DNA of 64,000 nt, taken from an uncultured Lachnospiraceae bacterium (GTDB lineage Bacteria; Bacillota; Clostridia; Lachnospirales; Lachnospiraceae). Both the position numbers and the translations under genes were made by a program. Below, one piece after another: positions 38,991-47,578 of this stretch; the first letter of the stretch is position 1, and each line of letters starts with the position of its first letter. Location: contig CAJUMM010000003.1 of the NCBI GenBank assembly GCA_910586955.1, positions 8,553 to 72,552 of the forward strand. Reading direction: 5' to 3'. The notes under the pieces were generated by a model, which worked only from the letters and a program-made list of their open reading frames with translations, did no database searches and was not told where the DNA came from.

Positions 38991-39566
38991 TCATTCACCG
39001 AAAACCTTCTGCACCAGGCTGTTGTATTCCTGCCAGGCGGGATATTCCCCAAATTCCTCCCGGAGAATTTCCGCCACTGCCCGGTACATCCAGGCGTGCA
39101 TATTCTTATCCTTTTCGTTAAAGCGCTCCCAGACCTTATCCCCGAGAATACAAAGATCCCGGTGAATGGCCCGGATGTTGGACAGCTTGTCCGCCAAAGC
39201 CAGCATTTTGGCATCTCTCCCCGCCTTGGTCTCAAGGAACGCCAGGGTTTCCTGTTTGCGCACCTTCCAGGTTAAAGACGCCGGAAGGTGCTTTCTCTTA
39301 TCCTCGCTTTCATCCACCACCAGTTCTTTCACCCGGTAACCGAATCTGGCCAGCAGCTCCTCCTCCGTGGTCTCCGTATCCTCCAAAACATCGTGGAGTA
39401 CCGCCGCAGCGATAACCTCCGGATCCTCCGTCATCCCCGCAACAATGGCAGCCGCCTCAATCGGATGCACAATATAGGGAATATTGCTTCCCTTCCTTGT
39501 GTCCCCCGCATGGGCCCTGGCTGCAAAAATAATCGCCTGGTCTACCAGTGTCAGTACCTTCTCCAT
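38991..39566 (-). CDS. HD-domain (p)ppGpp hydrolase-like protein (small alarmone hydrolase/Mesh1-like)
   Basis: AHAGDTRKGSNIPYIVHP, AAVLHDVLEDT, LADKLSNIR. Confidence 0.85.
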   Translation of the reverse strand: MEKVLTLVDQAIIFAARAHAGDTRKGSNIPYIVHPIEAAAIVAGMTEDPEVIAAAVLHDVLEDTETTEEELLARFGYRVKELVVDESEDKRKHLPASLTWKVRKQETLAFLETKAGRDAKMLALADKLSNIRAIHRDLCILGDKVWERFNEKDKNMHAWMYRAVAEILREEFGEYPAWQEYNSLVQKVFGE

Positions 39567-39601
39567 CTACGCTCCTTTTCTTTCTGATTTGCTGTAACCC
39601 C

Positions 39602-40891
39602 TCAGCCGTACACCCGCAGGATAGCCGAAACTTCCTTAATCATGGACATCTCCCGCAGCACCAGAAGGGAATCTTTGAAATGGCGCTCCAATACATGATC
39701 CGTGATTACCACAAGCTCTGCCAGCTCCCCGCATTTGTTCTTCTGAATTACCTGGGCGATGCTTACATTGTTATTCCCGAATACCGAGGCGATTCCCGCC
39801 AGCACCCCCGGGCGGTCCTCCACCTGCAGACGCAGGAAATACCGGCTGTTGGTCTCCTCCACCGGCTTGACACGCAGATTCTTATAACAGGTACAGTGGA
39901 TCCTTCCCGTACTGCCTGTCCGGATGTTTCTCGCTATCTCAAAGATATCTCCGGCCACGGCGCTTCCCGTAGGAAATCTTCCTGCTCCTCTCCCCATAAA
40001 CATAGCGTCGTCCACAGCGTCCCCATGGACAAAGACTGCATTGAACACATCCTGGACGGATGCCAGAGGATGGTCTTTGGGAAGCAGCATAGGATAAACC
40101 CCAGCCTCAATGCCGTCTCCGGAATTCTTTGCCACCCCCAGCAGCTTGATTACCATATTCAGCTCGGCCGCATAGGCGATATCCGCCGCCGTAATCTTTG
40201 TAATTCCCTCCACATACACGTCATCAAAAGTCACCCTGGAATTGAAGGCGATGGAGGCCATAATCGCCACCTTCCGGCCTGCGTCATATCCTTCAATGTC
40301 CGCCGTGGGATCCGCCTCCGCATACCCCAGCTCCGATGCTCTGGCAAGGGCCTGGGAAAATTCCATCCCCTCCGCCGTCATGCGGGTGAGGATATAGTTG
40401 GTGGTCCCGTTTACAATCCCCATGACCTCGGTAATGTGATTGGCCGCCAGGCACTGCTTCAGGGGCCGAATAATGGGAATCCCCCCGGCCACGGCGGCTT
40501 CAAACATCAGATCGCAGCCGTACTCCTCCGCCGTATCCAGAAGCTCCCTGCCGTGCTCTGCCAGCAGATCTTTGTTGGCAGTCACCACATGCTTGCCTGC
40601 GCGCAGGGCTTCCAGAATATAGGTCCTGGCAGGCTCGATTCCTCCCATCAGCTCAATTACAATCCGGATCTCCCGGTCTTCCCGGATCTCCTCCCAGCTG
40701 TCCGTAAAGAGAGCGGAATCCATCCCCTCTCTCTTCTTCTTCGTATCCCGCACCAGGATCTTGCTAATCTCTACCGACGCCCCCAGCTTCTTGGGCATCT
40801 CTTCTTTCTGCCACTGAAGAATCTGATAGACGCCGCCGCCCACAGTCCCGGCTCCTAAAAGGGCTGCTTTTATAATTGGAATTTCACTCAT
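39602..40891 (-). CDS. hom: Homoserine dehydrogenase with ACT domain
   Basis: GAGTVGGG, VTANK, FEAAVAGGIP, GIVNGTTNYIL, GYAEADP, DRPGVL. Confidence 0.96.
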   Translation of the reverse strand: MSEIPIIKAALLGAGTVGGGVYQILQWQKEEMPKKLGASVEISKILVRDTKKKREGMDSALFTDSWEEIREDREIRIVIELMGGIEPARTYILEALRAGKHVVTANKDLLAEHGRELLDTAEEYGCDLMFEAAVAGGIPIIRPLKQCLAANHITEVMGIVNGTTNYILTRMTAEGMEFSQALARASELGYAEADPTADIEGYDAGRKVAIMASIAFNSRVTFDDVYVEGITKITAADIAYAAELNMVIKLLGVAKNSGDGIEAGVYPMLLPKDHPLASVQDVFNAVFVHGDAVDDAMFMGRGAGRFPTGSAVAGDIFEIARNIRTGSTGRIHCTCYKNLRVKPVEETNSRYFLRLQVEDRPGVLAGIASVFGNNNVSIAQVIQKNKCGELAELVVITDHVLERHFKDSLLVLREMSMIKEVSAILRVYG

Positions 40892-41021
40892 TTCTTCTTC
40901 TCCTGCCTGCATAGCACTTCTCACACAGATCAAACGGATGCTCTCCGGCATCCCTTAACAAACAACATACAAATCTAGTGTACTATGATTTTACAGGCAT
41001 GTCAAAAGAAGTTTTCTTCCG

Positions 41022-41792
41022 TTACTGAAATTCTGTCATATACCTGCGGAAATGCAGGGGAAGCAGGCTCCTCTGGCACCGGGGATTCCTGCGCTCCTCT
41101 ATGGCAATGGTCCCGCAGAAGCTCTTCCAGAGGCGGCAGAACTCCTCCTCCCTGGGCGAACGGCGCTCCAGATAGGAGGCGTCCAGATCCCCGGCTTCCG
41201 CCAGCACCCAGGGCTTTCCTGTCCGGTGCAGGGCAAGCTGCTGCCGCCCCACATCGTGAATCACCCAGTTCTCCTGCCGGTAGCGATCCGCAAAATGGGG
41301 GGCCAGAAGAGGCAAAGCCGCACAGTCCGGTTCAATCCGTCCATACAGAACACCGTTCTCCAGTTCCTCAAAGCGCAGAAACCCCATGAGCTGATGGGCC
41401 TCATGCCAGGCCTTCATGCGGAGCTTCATCACCAGGGAAACATTCTCATTCTGAAGACAGTTCACCGCCTCCCGTCCGTCAATGAGATGAAGTCCCAGCA
41501 CAATCATCCGGTAGATGGCATCCGCCCTCCTTGAGTCCCGGCAGGCTGCCGCATAACAGACGGCTTCCTCCCCCTCTTCCCCCATACGCTTTCTCACAGT
41601 GCGCAGTACTTTCTCCGCCTTTTCCAGATCCGTTTTTACCTGGCGGTATGCGCAGAAAAGCTCCAGGTTAGCCTCCGCCGCCGTCTCCAGTCTTACGGCT
41701 CCATGGCCCAGGCGGCTGTCCCAGGCCTCATATACCCCGGTCAGAATCCCGTCCAGGCTGTCCTCACATTGAAACACCGTAATGATATCCAT
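41022..41792 (-). CDS. TIGR03915/DUF4130 family putative DNA repair protein
   Basis: EDSLDGILTGVYEAW, HEAHQLMGFLRF, HFADRY..ENWVIHD, IAIEERRNPRCQ..LP. Confidence 0.87.
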   Translation of the reverse strand: MDIITVFQCEDSLDGILTGVYEAWDSRLGHGAVRLETAAEANLELFCAYRQVKTDLEKAEKVLRTVRKRMGEEGEEAVCYAAACRDSRRADAIYRMIVLGLHLIDGREAVNCLQNENVSLVMKLRMKAWHEAHQLMGFLRFEELENGVLYGRIEPDCAALPLLAPHFADRYRQENWVIHDVGRQQLALHRTGKPWVLAEAGDLDASYLERRSPREEEFCRLWKSFCGTIAIEERRNPRCQRSLLPLHFRRYMTEFQ

Positions 41793-41808
41793 TCGTTTCT
41801 CCCCTCTC

Positions 41809-43149
41809 TCAGGCCGGCCTCTGCCCCTGTCCTTCCCCCAAAGGCAGCTGCATATCGTCAAAAAGAGACAGCTGGCGGTAGGTTACATCCTGCCCCAATC
41901 CCAGGGGAAGACGTTCCTTTACATTCAAAAGATTCCGGGTGATGTAGTCTTCCTCCAGGCGGATGGGATACATGGTCTTTCCCCCGCAGGTAATGAAATA
42001 AAGGGCCCGCTTCAGTACCACTCCCATGCGCTTCAGATCCGGGAAATCCAGGCTTCCCATCCGCCGTGCCCTTATAATCCGCTGGGCGGACCGCACGCCC
42101 AGGCCGGGAACCCGTAGAAGCATCCGGTACTCCGCCCGGTTGATCTCCACCGGGAACTGCTCCAGGTGCCGGAGTGCCCAGTCGCACTTGGGATCCAGAA
42201 GAACATTGAAGTTGGGCCTGTCCTCGGAGAGCAGTTCTTCCCCCTCAAAGCCGTAAAAGCGCATAAGCCAGTCCGCCTGATAAAGCCTATGTTCCCGCAG
42301 AAGAGGCGGACCTCCGGGAAGGGCCGGAAGCAGGCTGTCCTCATTGACCCGCACAAAGGCAGAATAAAAGACCCGCTTTAACTGGAATTTCCGGTAAAGG
42401 GCCTGGGCCACGGACACAATCTGGAAATCATTTTCCGGAGTAGCCCCGATAATCATCTGGGTAGACTGGCCCGCAGGGACAAATTTGGGAGCATGGCGGT
42501 ACAGAGCCACTTCCCCCCGGTTCTCCTCCATGCGGTTCTGTACCTGCCGCATGGGCGTTAAGATCCTGGTCCGGGATTTATTGGGAGCCAGAAGCTTAAG
42601 CCCCTCCGCCGTAGGCAGCTCCAGGTTTACGCTCATGCGGTCAGCCAGGAAGCCTGTCTTCTCAATCAGCCTCCCGTCCGCACCGGGAATGGCTTTCACA
42701 TGGATATAGCCCCCGAAATGGTACTCCGTCCGCAGCTTATACAGGGTCTGGTACAAAAGCTCCATGGTGTAATTGGGATTTTTGAGAATCCCGGAACTTA
42801 AGAAAAGCCCTTCGATATAATTCCTCCGGTAAAAACCCATGACCAGATCACAGACTTCTCCCGGGGTGAAGGTGGCCCTGGGAACGTCGTTGGACGCCCG
42901 GTTCAGGCAGTACCGGCAGTTGTAGATACACTCGTTGGTAAAGAGGATTTTCAAAAGAGAGATACAGCGCCCGTCTGCAGAAAAGCTGTGGCAGATTCCG
43001 GGAGAGATGGCATTGCCCATGCCCCTGCCGTTGTTGCCCCGGTCTACTCCGCTGGAGGTGCAGGCCACGTCATATTTGGCCGCATCCGAGAGAATATTCA
43101 GTTTTTCCATAAGGGAAAGGGACTCTGGTATCCAAACCTGCTGCATCAT
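41809..43149 (-). CDS. TIGR03916 family putative DNA modification/repair radical SAM protein with HhH
   Basis: AAKYDVACTSSG, GICHSFSADGRCISLLK, CIYNCRYC, REHRLYQADWLMRFYGF, LLRVPGLG. Confidence 0.93.
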   Translation of the reverse strand: MMQQVWIPESLSLMEKLNILSDAAKYDVACTSSGVDRGNNGRGMGNAISPGICHSFSADGRCISLLKILFTNECIYNCRYCLNRASNDVPRATFTPGEVCDLVMGFYRRNYIEGLFLSSGILKNPNYTMELLYQTLYKLRTEYHFGGYIHVKAIPGADGRLIEKTGFLADRMSVNLELPTAEGLKLLAPNKSRTRILTPMRQVQNRMEENRGEVALYRHAPKFVPAGQSTQMIIGATPENDFQIVSVAQALYRKFQLKRVFYSAFVRVNEDSLLPALPGGPPLLREHRLYQADWLMRFYGFEGEELLSEDRPNFNVLLDPKCDWALRHLEQFPVEINRAEYRMLLRVPGLGVRSAQRIIRARRMGSLDFPDLKRMGVVLKRALYFITCGGKTMYPIRLEEDYITRNLLNVKERLPLGLGQDVTYRQLSLFDDMQLPLGEGQGQRPA

Positions 43150-43167
43150 TCTGCTCCTGTATTTTTC

Positions 43168-43194
43168 CGAATATTAGTTCGGAACATTTGTTTG
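43168..43194. promoter_or_regulatory. Tandem LexA/DinR (SOS) boxes
   Basis: CGAATATTAGTTCG (43168-43181) and adjacent GAACATTTGTTT resemble the Firmicutes GAAC-N4-GTTC box; they lie just downstream of the promoter. Confidence 0.75.
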
Positions 43195-43198
43195 TTTT

Positions 43199-43227
43199 AT
43201 TGTAGCACGGAAAAGAAGGATTTGCAA
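43199..43227 (-). promoter_or_regulatory. sigmaA promoter of the radical SAM operon
   Basis: Minus strand TTGCAA-N17-TACAAT with extended TG. Confidence 0.7.
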
Positions 43228-43265
43228 GGGATTTTTCAGGCAGTTTTATTTCTGGAAAAGCCGGC

Positions 43266-43313
43266 AAAAAAAACAGCGGAAGCCGCCAAGATCCCAAGGC
43301 GTTCCCCGCTGTC
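43266..43313 (-). terminator. Terminator after the NCS2 permease
   Basis: acagcgg..gcc..ggc..ccgctgt with a T-run on the minus strand. Confidence 0.6.
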
Positions 43314-43339
43314 TCTTTTCTGTCGGATTTTATTTGTCC

Positions 43340-44605
43340 CTACTCCGCAATATCGTCCTGGCCTACCGGCAGCACGGCCGCCAGAATCATACCCACAACC
43401 GCCGCCAGCGCAAGGCCGGAGATAGTCACGGTTCCCGCTACCGGAATGCTGTCGCAGCCGATGCCCAGAACAAAGATCAGGGCAGCAATCATCAGATTCC
43501 GGCTGTTGCCGAAGTTCAGACGGGAATTGATGAGAATCCGCACGCCTACGGAGGAAATCATACCGTAGAGGACAATGCTGATGCCTCCTGTCACAGGGCC
43601 GGGAATGCTGGTAATAATGCCGCCTACCTTTCCGAACAATCCCAGGATAATGGCAAACACCGCCGCAATCCGGATTACCGACGGATCATAATTCTTCGTT
43701 ACCGCCAGAACCCCTGTATTTTCCCCGTAGGTGGTATTGGCCGGGCCGCCCAAAAGACCAGCCACGGCAGTGGCCACGCCGTCGCCTAAGATGGTGCGGT
43801 GAATACCCGGGTCTACCATAAAGTTCTTGCCCACCACGGCACTGTTGGTGGTAATATCCCCCACATGCTCAATCAGCGTTACCAGAGCAATGGGCGCAAT
43901 GGCCAGGATGGCATCCGCCTGGAAGGTGGGAAGACAGAGTACCTGATCCAGTATATTTTTATCCAGGAAGGAAAGGGCGTGAGCCTCCCTCATGGGAGTC
44001 ATATCAATAAAGCCCATGGGAATGCACACCAGATATCCCACAATAATGGCAAAGAGAATGGGCATGAGATTGTAAATTCCCTTGGCAAACACGGAAATGC
44101 AGATAACCGTAGCCAGGACCATTACCGTTACCAGCACGGCCTTGAGGCTGAACTCCCCATTCCAGTAGAAGGCAGAGCTGATGGCAGAGCCGGAAAGGCG
44201 CAGTCCGATGACAATAATAATGGGGCCTGTCACAATGGGCGGCAGAAGCTTATTCACCTTCTCATAGCCCACCAGCTTAATAAGCCCCGCGAAGACCGCA
44301 TAGACAAGGCCGGCGATAATCAAAGCCCCCTTGACTGCCGCCAGCCGCCCGAGGTAATCGGGATCTCCCATGCGGGCATCCCCGATAATGGCACAGATTC
44401 CCCCGATAAAGGCAAAACTGGAGCCTAAAAAAACAGGTACCTTCCTCTTTGTAATCCAGTGGAATAAAAGAGTTCCGACACCTGCACAGAAAAGTGTGAT
44501 CGAAGTATTTAAGCCCGTAAGCGCCGGTACCAGTACCGTAGCTCCAAACATGGCCAGCACATGCTGTATACCCAATATGAGTTTTTGACTTCTGGTTTTT
44601 TCCAT
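43340..44605 (-). CDS. Uracil/xanthine permease (NCS2 family)
   Basis: GIQHVLAMFGATVLVP, GSSFAF, EHVGD, PANTTYGENTGV. Confidence 0.93.
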   Translation of the reverse strand: MEKTRSQKLILGIQHVLAMFGATVLVPALTGLNTSITLFCAGVGTLLFHWITKRKVPVFLGSSFAFIGGICAIIGDARMGDPDYLGRLAAVKGALIIAGLVYAVFAGLIKLVGYEKVNKLLPPIVTGPIIIVIGLRLSGSAISSAFYWNGEFSLKAVLVTVMVLATVICISVFAKGIYNLMPILFAIIVGYLVCIPMGFIDMTPMREAHALSFLDKNILDQVLCLPTFQADAILAIAPIALVTLIEHVGDITTNSAVVGKNFMVDPGIHRTILGDGVATAVAGLLGGPANTTYGENTGVLAVTKNYDPSVIRIAAVFAIILGLFGKVGGIITSIPGPVTGGISIVLYGMISSVGVRILINSRLNFGNSRNLMIAALIFVLGIGCDSIPVAGTVTISGLALAAVVGMILAAVLPVGQDDIAE

Positions 44606-44744
44606 AGCAACACATTCCTCCCTGGTGAAAATTTTTTCTTTTCTACTATACAATACTCCCTGCCGTTTTTCAATAAAAATCGGGAGAAAAATCTCCCGAT
44701 TTTTATCAAACCCATATTTCTGCCTTTGGCGGGCAGAAGACTTG

Positions 44745-46490
44745 TCAGTTTAAAGGATAATATACCTTCCGGCTTCCCAGGGAAACAGCTATGTAAAGAG
44801 GTTCCCCGCTCTGGGCCACTTCATCTGGAATCTCGAAAATCAGTTCCCCTTCTTTGGACTCCCCCGGCTCCAGGGAGGTGCTGTTCAGGCACTTGTCGTA
44901 GGTGACGGCATTTACACAGTCATAAAAGTTCTCCCGGGCCTCATCCGCCACCTGGACAATGGGATCCTCCCCAACATAGTAAACCATAGGCAGGAAGGTA
45001 TCTCCCTCCATCCCCCGGTTGGCAATGGTAAATTTGCCCCGGACGAACTGGCAGCCGTCACTTGCGGTATAAATATACATTCCGCCCTCAAATTCCTTTA
45101 CAATCTCTGCGGAATGGTAGGTAATTTCCCAGCCCGCCAGATTTACCGGTTCTCCGGCAGCAGCCTCACTCTTTCCTGACAGATGATCCACCAGGGACGT
45201 GTAGGCTTCCGGCTCATTGATGTGATGGTACATGTACAGCAGGATATCCGCCCCGGTCATTTCCGAATACCGGGCCGCATCATCGTCGTAGCTGGTGAAA
45301 ATAGATTCCGGCGGCGTCTCCAGCACATTGCCCAGGTGCCGCAGGAATACGCCCGTCCCGGCCTCATATAAGTCCACAGAGGTACTGGAGTTAATCTGCT
45401 GGATCTGGGTCTCGCTTCCTCCGTAGGTCTGGTAAAACTCCCCGGCCTCGTAATTGGCAGTCAGAACCAGATAGTAGTCCGCCTCCGCCAAAGAGGCAGG
45501 ATACTCCTCCCCGGAAAGCTCCAGCATAAAATCTCCCATAATCCGCAGAGCCGTAGGAGAACCCTCCAATTCTTCCGTCTGGAGATTCCGGTAAAGGCCG
45601 ATTACTTTCTTTCCTTCTATATCAATGGTTTCCGGCAGCCCTTCTCCGGGTTCCTGAAGCGCAAGCTCCTCTGCCACCGTCACCGCCAGTTCAGACTGAT
45701 AGAAATCTTCCTGGGTCAGCTCCGAGGTTCTTTGGAAGGAATCCTCACCGTGTTTTCCTTCCACTACAGGAAGAAGGACATCTTTGATATAGGTGATATA
45801 GGCAAGGCCCTCCTCCAAGGACGGTTCCTCAATCTGATAGGGCGCCAGGCTGGAATGGAAATACGTGTCTCTCCACTCATCCAGGCTCCACTCATCAAAA
45901 TAGCCGCCCTCCAGCAAGGCATCCCCCACCGTTATGAGCTTTCCGGGATTTTCCTGAATCCAGTCCTCCACTGCATCCTCAATCCTGGTCCCCAGGGTGC
46001 TGTCCTCTGGCGCACCTGCCAGAAGATTTACCAGCGTCTCTCCCTCCAGGCTGCCGGCCGCCCCGAACATGGGCATCAGGCAGTCGTAGGGATAAAAGGC
46101 CTCCTCCATGGAAGTCCAGAACCCCTCATTGTCCGTGTTCACCTTGGCAAAATAGGCCTCCGCACAGGAAGCGCTCACCGGATAGTCAAAGGCAAAGAAA
46201 TCATCCTTCCAGACGCTTCCCTCCTGTGTGTTCAAATAGTTCTGGTACTCCGCCCCGCACAGAAGGGCAACGGCCTGGAACTGCTGGCTTAAGGAAGCGT
46301 CTCCTGCTTCCGCCTCCGCCTTCAAAGCCTCCAGATCAAGCTCCTCCCCATGCTCCTTCATATAGGCTTCCATGCTGTCCGCTTTTCCCGCCGCCTTAAA
46401 ACGGCGCTCTGCCTCCGTGCCTCCTCCGCCTTTGCAGGCTGCCAGAAATACCAGCATAAGACAAGCTGCTCCTGCCAAAATCCGTTTCAC
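44745..46490 (-). CDS. Large acidic lipoprotein with C-terminal DUF4352-like Ig domain
   Basis: Lipobox LAAC; C-terminal ..LEPGESKEGELIFEIP.. Confidence 0.7.
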   Translation of the reverse strand: MKRILAGAACLMLVFLAACKGGGGTEAERRFKAAGKADSMEAYMKEHGEELDLEALKAEAEAGDASLSQQFQAVALLCGAEYQNYLNTQEGSVWKDDFFAFDYPVSASCAEAYFAKVNTDNEGFWTSMEEAFYPYDCLMPMFGAAGSLEGETLVNLLAGAPEDSTLGTRIEDAVEDWIQENPGKLITVGDALLEGGYFDEWSLDEWRDTYFHSSLAPYQIEEPSLEEGLAYITYIKDVLLPVVEGKHGEDSFQRTSELTQEDFYQSELAVTVAEELALQEPGEGLPETIDIEGKKVIGLYRNLQTEELEGSPTALRIMGDFMLELSGEEYPASLAEADYYLVLTANYEAGEFYQTYGGSETQIQQINSSTSVDLYEAGTGVFLRHLGNVLETPPESIFTSYDDDAARYSEMTGADILLYMYHHINEPEAYTSLVDHLSGKSEAAAGEPVNLAGWEITYHSAEIVKEFEGGMYIYTASDGCQFVRGKFTIANRGMEGDTFLPMVYYVGEDPIVQVADEARENFYDCVNAVTYDKCLNSTSLEPGESKEGELIFEIPDEVAQSGEPLYIAVSLGSRKVYYPLN

Positions 46491-46521
46491 TTTTGTCTTC
46501 CCCCTTTTTAAGATTTTTTCT

Positions 46522-47343
46522 TTAGTGAAAATCTATTTCCAAATAGGGGTTCTTTACCCTATGGAATTCCCCCTTATCGGCAGCTTCGGCATAGGCCGGC
46601 TCCACGGGAACCCTGCCCAGCACCTTTAAGTTCAGAGCTGCCGCTGCCTCCTCCACATGGCTCTCTCCGAAAATCCGGATCTCTTTCCCACAGTCCGGGC
46701 ATTTGAAATAGGAATAATTCTCCACAATTCCTTTCACCGGAATGTGCATCTGCTCTGCCATGCTAAGAGCTTTCCTCACAATCAGCTGCACCAGATCCTG
46801 AGGTGAAGTAACCACCACAATCTCGTCTACCGGCAGGGACTGGAACACCGTCAAAGGCACGTCCCCGGTTCCCGGGGGCATATCCACCAGCAGGTAATCC
46901 AGATCTCCCCATATCACATCCGTCCAGAACTGCTTCACCACATTGGCGATGACGGGCCCTCTCCAGATCACCGGCGTACCCTCGTCGGGAAGCAGAAGGT
47001 TCATGGACATAAGGGCAATGCCGTTCCTGGTATAGCAGGGCTCAATCCCTTCGTCGCTGCCCTGGGCCGGCCCGTGTACCCCGTACATTTTCGGGATGGA
47101 GGGCCCGGTGATATCCGCATCCAGGATTCCCACCTTGTAGCCCTGATCCGCAAGACGGTTGGCCAGAGAGGCCGTCACCAGGGATTTCCCCACGCCTCCT
47201 TTGCCGCTGACGATGCCGATCACCCGGCGGATACAGCTGTCCTTGTTGGCGTCCACCTGAAAGCTCGTGGGCTGCTGCTTGCTGGGGCAGCCCTCACAGC
47301 TGGACTTGTCGCAGTTACTGTTGTTGCATCCTTTTTCTGACAT
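46522..47343 (-). CDS. mrp: Mrp/NBP35 (ApbC) Fe-S cluster carrier ATPase
   Basis: N-terminal Cys cluster, SGKGGVGKS, DADITGPS, WRGP, DMPPGTGD, CPDC. Confidence 0.93.
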   Translation of the reverse strand: MSEKGCNNSNCDKSSCEGCPSKQQPTSFQVDANKDSCIRRVIGIVSGKGGVGKSLVTASLANRLADQGYKVGILDADITGPSIPKMYGVHGPAQGSDEGIEPCYTRNGIALMSMNLLLPDEGTPVIWRGPVIANVVKQFWTDVIWGDLDYLLVDMPPGTGDVPLTVFQSLPVDEIVVVTSPQDLVQLIVRKALSMAEQMHIPVKGIVENYSYFKCPDCGKEIRIFGESHVEEAAAALNLKVLGRVPVEPAYAEAADKGEFHRVKNPYLEIDFH

Positions 47344-47362
47344 TTTTTAATCTCCTATTCTA

Positions 47363-47578
47363 AGTTCCGCAGGTTTCCTGCCAGGCCCCTTTTCTAGAAG
47401 AATTTCCGGCCGCATAAAAATGCGTCCGTAAATCCTTCTGGGCCTGTCCGGAAACCTGCTGTTTTTTTATTCCAGTTCCGCAGGTTTCCTGCCAGGCCCT
47501 TTTTCTAGAAGGATTTCCGGCCGCATAGAACTGCGTCCGTAAATCCTTCTGGGCCTGTCCGGAAACCTGCTGTTTTTT
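47363..47578. repeat. Tandem doublet of a ~111 bp palindromic element (family A, locus 1)
   Basis: Units start agttccgca at 47363 and 47474 and end cctgctgtttt; each is a long hairpin (gcaggtttcc/ggaaacctgc, caggccc/gggcctg, agaaggattt/aaatccttct, cggccgca/tgcgtccg). Confidence 0.92.
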
